From positions 6,478 through 33,209 of the forward strand of contig CAZUPG010000001.1 of assembly GCA_964622085.1 (NCBI GenBank): 26,732 nucleotides of DNA. The letters run 5' to 3'. This document shows, piece after piece, positions 23,301 to 26,732 of this stretch. The DNA comes from an uncultured Pirellulales bacterium (GTDB taxonomy: Bacteria; Planctomycetota; Phycisphaerae; Sedimentisphaerales; Anaerobacaceae). The notes beneath the pieces are model-generated. The model did no database searches. It was not told the DNA's origin and saw only the letters and a program-made list of their open reading frames with translations. Numbering within the stretch: position 1 is the first letter of the stretch; each line of letters starts with the position of its first letter. Made by a program: the position numbers and the translations under genes.

Positions 23301-24335
23301 TTAAAAAACAGGTTCCACCGTTCCATCTTCATTGACTTTAGCCAGAATTATTCGCTGCGAGTCCACATTCCGCACTTTTATATACTCACCGACTTTACCT
23401 TCCTGGATAGTCTTTCCGGTAGCCGTAACAAAAAGCCCCAGCCTGTCAATTCGAATGACAACATTCTGGTTGCGTTTAAGCAAAACCGGCGGCTCAGGAT
23501 ACTCTACCATACCTGGGCGAATCACAGTATTTGGGCGCAACCGACGCTTCGTGATAAGGCCGTAGGGCGGCCTCCAATTGGCAGTATCCGGATAGCTTGA
23601 TATGGTACTTTCTATCTTGACATTCTCAGAGCTAATAACTGCACCGGCAGGAATATCGACCAGCGTTACTGCCGTGCGACAATTGTATTTCAAACGGAAA
23701 GTTACTTCACGCACGTCTATTTCTTCGCCGTCGGCAAGCACCGCAATCCGAACCTTAGCATGGTTTGTTGCGTTGCTTTTGACTAAACGCGGGGATAACT
23801 TGATATTCTTGTGCGTTGTGGGGACAATTAAATCTTTTGGTTTTCGTATCGGGTTCCACTGACAAATCGGAGACTGGGATGGCTTTTTTTTCAAAAATGA
23901 CCTTGCCAGCTCAACGAATTTGTTACCATTGATAATTTGTTGCTGTTGTTTTACTGTTATTTTTTCTGCGCCGGTTAGTGTCACTTTTGAAGCCGGGATT
24001 CCATTGCAGGCCAATCTGCTCAGGACCGTTGGCCTGTCGACGATGATTTCCTGGCCGGGCACTGAAATCCGCCCTAAGGCAATTTTGCCTGCCTTAGCTA
24101 CAAGAGATTCTTTGCCACTGATTATGCTGACCTGGCCCAGACGGATAATATCGTCGCTAATCGCAACTTTTCTCGGCAGGTAAATCTCCAGAGCAGAATG
24201 TTTTTGCAGACTGCTGGTTTTGCGGTTCGACCGTCCTGAGCTCACCGCCGAAGGGCTGTTCGCCGATGCCCGGCAAAATTGAGCTATTGTCACCAGACAA
24301 ACAACTACGACAAGGCTAACTGCTTTATTGCTCAT
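23301..24335 (-). CDS. flgA: P-ring assembly chaperone FlgA, long form
   Basis: SAF-like 'IPAGAVISSENV' and C-terminal 'ATGKTIQEGKVGEYIKVRNVDSQRIILAKV'. Sits between flgG and flgH. Confidence 0.9.
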   Translation of the reverse strand: MSNKAVSLVVVVCLVTIAQFCRASANSPSAVSSGRSNRKTSSLQKHSALEIYLPRKVAISDDIIRLGQVSIISGKESLVAKAGKIALGRISVPGQEIIVDRPTVLSRLACNGIPASKVTLTGAEKITVKQQQQIINGNKFVELARSFLKKKPSQSPICQWNPIRKPKDLIVPTTHKNIKLSPRLVKSNATNHAKVRIAVLADGEEIDVREVTFRLKYNCRTAVTLVDIPAGAVISSENVKIESTISSYPDTANWRPPYGLITKRRLRPNTVIRPGMVEYPEPPVLLKRNQNVVIRIDRLGLFVTATGKTIQEGKVGEYIKVRNVDSQRIILAKVNEDGTVEPVF

Positions 24336-24344
24336 AATAATCTC

Positions 24345-25130
24345 TTATCTAACCATTTGATTTGCCGTTCGGAGCATATCGTCCCCTGCCTTTATTGCAC
24401 GGGAGTTTATCTCGTACGCTCGCTGGGCGGTTATGAGGTTGACCAGCTCGGTTACCATCTGGACATTGGATTTTTCCAGGAATCCCGACTGGATACTTCC
24501 GAAACCGTTTTCTCCTGCTGTGCCGGTCGTAGGCGTACCGCTCGCATCGGTCTCTGCTAACAGATTATCCCCTTCGCTCGAAAGACCCGACGGGTTAGGA
24601 AACCGAACCAGCTGAATAGTACCTACAACCGATACAGTCCCCATAGCGCCGGTAACGCTGACGCTTCCATCCTTGCCGATATCAATGGAAACACAATCTG
24701 TCGGTACGCTGATGGCCGGCTCTATGGAGTATCCGGTGGTGGTGACTAACTGGCCATCGGCATTTATCTGCAGAGAACCGTCACATGTGTATCTTATGTC
24801 GCCGTTTGGCAAAGTCACCTGAAGGAAACCGTCACCTCTAATAGCCATATCGAGCTTTCTGCCGGTATTCTGAAACTCACCGGCAGTAAAAACTTTTATT
24901 GTAGATGCAGCGCGGACGCCACTTCCTATCTCCAGGCCACTTGGAGAAGTTATACCCGAAGCCACTTCTGCGCCGGATTCCCTCATCTTGACATAAAGCA
25001 AATCCTGAAAATCAATCTGGCTTCGCTTGAAACCGGTGGTGTTGATGTTGGCAAGATTATTAGCAATCACGTCCACCATCATTTGTTGGGCAGTCATGCC
25101 CGTAGCCGCTGTTGAAAATGCTCTTAGCAT
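24345..25130 (-). CDS. flgG: Distal rod protein FlgG
   Basis: 'TAATGMTAQQMMVDVIANNLANINTTGFK', 'GFLEKSNVQMVTELVNLITAQRAYEINSRAI'. AAGGAG RBS. Confidence 0.98.
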   Translation of the reverse strand: MLRAFSTAATGMTAQQMMVDVIANNLANINTTGFKRSQIDFQDLLYVKMRESGAEVASGITSPSGLEIGSGVRAASTIKVFTAGEFQNTGRKLDMAIRGDGFLQVTLPNGDIRYTCDGSLQINADGQLVTTTGYSIEPAISVPTDCVSIDIGKDGSVSVTGAMGTVSVVGTIQLVRFPNPSGLSSEGDNLLAETDASGTPTTGTAGENGFGSIQSGFLEKSNVQMVTELVNLITAQRAYEINSRAIKAGDDMLRTANQMVR

Positions 25131-25158
25131 AATATCATTCTCCTTATACGCTATAACT

Positions 25159-25890
25159 TCAGCCCATAGCTACGCCTATAATACTACTGGAAGCATCCTT
25201 TTGGGCTGAGAGTAACTTCATATTCGCCTCGTAGAGCCGGGTCACCATTATCATATCCACTAATTCCTCTATCATCTCAACATTGGATGTCTCCTGGTAG
25301 CCCTGTTTTACGACTATGTGTTCAGCGGCACCCGGTTTTATATCCTCCGATATCCGAAAGCAGCTTGCACCAACGGGCACAAGCTTATTTTCGTTGTCTT
25401 TTAAATCTACAAGTCTGAATTTCCCTATCGGCGTATCGCCGGCGCTGATGCTTCCATCGCTTGAAACATTTATTTGCGAAAGTCCCACATTAGGCGGTAT
25501 CGTAATCGGCCCAGATTCGCCCGCTACAATCCTTCCCGCCGAATCTACTATTTGGCCGTTTTGGTTCGTGAGGAACATCCCGTTGCGGCTGTAAAGCGGC
25601 CCTTCGGATGTCTCTATCACAAAAAAACCTTTACCGTACAAGGCAAAATCCAGCGGTCGGCCTGTCTGGACAATACTGCCCTGGGAAAAATCAAATGCCG
25701 AATTCAAATCAATGCTGCCGGGAGAATGTGTTTCCGGCCCTTGCCCTTGCGCCTCAAGAGATTTTGAAAATGTGTTACATCTGCGCTTGTATCCAACTGT
25801 GCTTACGTTGGATATATTGTGCGTAATGATATTAAATTCCCGCATTAACGCATCGATGCTTGAACTGACCTGGTTTGTAATCTCTGCCAT
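25159..25890 (-). CDS. flgF: Proximal rod protein FlgF (flagellar hook-basal body family)
   Basis: 'ITHNISNVSTVGYK', 'QTGRPLDFALYGKGFFVI', 'QGYQETSNVEMIEELVDMI'. Immediately upstream of flgG. Confidence 0.9.
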   Translation of the reverse strand: MAEITNQVSSSIDALMREFNIITHNISNVSTVGYKRRCNTFSKSLEAQGQGPETHSPGSIDLNSAFDFSQGSIVQTGRPLDFALYGKGFFVIETSEGPLYSRNGMFLTNQNGQIVDSAGRIVAGESGPITIPPNVGLSQINVSSDGSISAGDTPIGKFRLVDLKDNENKLVPVGASCFRISEDIKPGAAEHIVVKQGYQETSNVEMIEELVDMIMVTRLYEANMKLLSAQKDASSSIIGVAMG

Positions 25891-25891
25891 T

Positions 25892-26731
25892 TTATACTCT
25901 CTGCATAACCGCAGCTTTTTGAATGCGTTTTTTCGCTTTCTTCCCGTCGCCGGTCTTTACTGAAGCTTCGTTGGTAGCGCGGATTAGCTCATTAACGTCT
26001 GAGTCGCTCAGTCCCGTCAATTCGACCGCTATTGACAAACCATTACGTATAGCTTTGGTGTGCCTGACCTCACCAATATCTTCTACTATTTTCGATGTTG
26101 GTGTTTTACCGGTCTTCAGCAAACTCGAGCCCCGGCTCTTTTCTTCATCCAAACGAAACATTACCAAAGCTCTCTCACCAACTTTTATCTTTATGGGGGC
26201 TTCTATACGCAAACCAGGCCCTGCCAGTTCAGTGACAACCGCAGGAACAAATTCGGGCGGCCCCCACGCCGGCTCACAACTTTTTGCAAATGGGAAGTGA
26301 GCGATAAAGGCCGGCTTTTTTACCGGAACACGCAGAAAACGCCGGCGGTTAATAAATCGAACATTATCGCTGTGATTCAAAACCAATGTGTCACCATCGT
26401 AACTGACCACGGAAGTGTCGAACTCCACAACCGATGCGCCAAAATAGTAACGCACACACCAGGCCTCGCCGAAAGTGATTTTAACCGGCCTATCCAATTT
26501 AACTGCCAACTCGGTATCACTGTTTCTTATAATAGTCGATTCAACATCACCTTCATCCCGTGCCTTTCGACGTGTCATACGGATTTTTTTACCTACGGGA
26601 ATTTGCCTGCTGCTTAACTTCTTCTGCCTGACAGCAGGGCCTATCGAGTAGACAGGCTGTTCCTTAAACCCGAGTTTTTCACACAGCAGAGACAGCTCTG
26701 TTTTCAACTGCTCGATTTCTTCCTGCGTCCA
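25892..26731 (-). CDS. PilZ-domain (YcgR/flagellar brake-like) protein, 5'-truncated by the window edge
   Basis: RxxxR motif 'NRRRFLRV', then a PilZ-like beta barrel 'VVTELAGPGLRIE...GEVRH...IAVELTGL'. A YcgR-N-like region precedes it. The frame is open to the window end (WTQEEIEQLKTE...). Confidence 0.75.
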   Translation of the reverse strand, partial: WTQEEIEQLKTELSLLCEKLGFKEQPVYSIGPAVRQKKLSSRQIPVGKKIRMTRRKARDEGDVESTIIRNSDTELAVKLDRPVKITFGEAWCVRYYFGASVVEFDTSVVSYDGDTLVLNHSDNVRFINRRRFLRVPVKKPAFIAHFPFAKSCEPAWGPPEFVPAVVTELAGPGLRIEAPIKIKVGERALVMFRLDEEKSRGSSLLKTGKTPTSKIVEDIGEVRHTKAIRNGLSIAVELTGLSDSDVNELIRATNEASVKTGDGKKAKKRIQKAAVMQRV

Positions 26732-26732
26732 G

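Noticed and set aside
23288-23332. ORF-track N-terminal extensions of flgH (23332) and of the TPR gene (14034)
   Set aside because: They overlap the upstream genes, and better RBS-associated ATGs exist at 23287 and 13959.
1-26732. tRNA, rRNA, transposase, RAYT or prophage genes
   Set aside because: None recognised; nearly all sequence is accounted for by the listed CDSs and short repeat-filled gaps.

Overview
The window lies within a bacterial flagellar gene cluster. The protein style suggests Planctomycetota (possibly Phycisphaerae), but this is an unverified impression. On the + strand, the end of fliR and a complete flhB converge on a long - strand run: PilZ/YcgR-like gene (5'-truncated), flgF, flgG, flgA, flgH, flgI, short flgJ, flgN, flgK, flgL, a ~13 kb glycan-modification island, then an enlarged fliD with a good sigma-28 promoter. 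The island holds a TPR-GT4, a GT2-TPR, a stand-alone TPR protein, a FliT/FlgN-like chaperone, a methyltransferase-FKBP fusion and one 2556-aa ORF. That ORF carries three SAM methyltransferase domains, three GT2 domains, one further GT-A-like domain, one GT4 domain and TPRs. No flagellin, fliS, nucleotide-sugar biosynthesis gene or transposase is visible. The strongest candidates for novelty are: (1) the modular glycosylation/methylation mega-enzyme, whose FkbM module is bracketed by an in-frame 32-bp direct repeat and whose modules differ in GC content; (2) several families of short palindromic repeats inserted in frame into proteins, including a 24-bp element nested at the same position in the loop of two copies of another REP; (3) a ~109-aa adhesin-like domain inserted into FliD. 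All family assignments come from motif recognition by eye; no database search was run.
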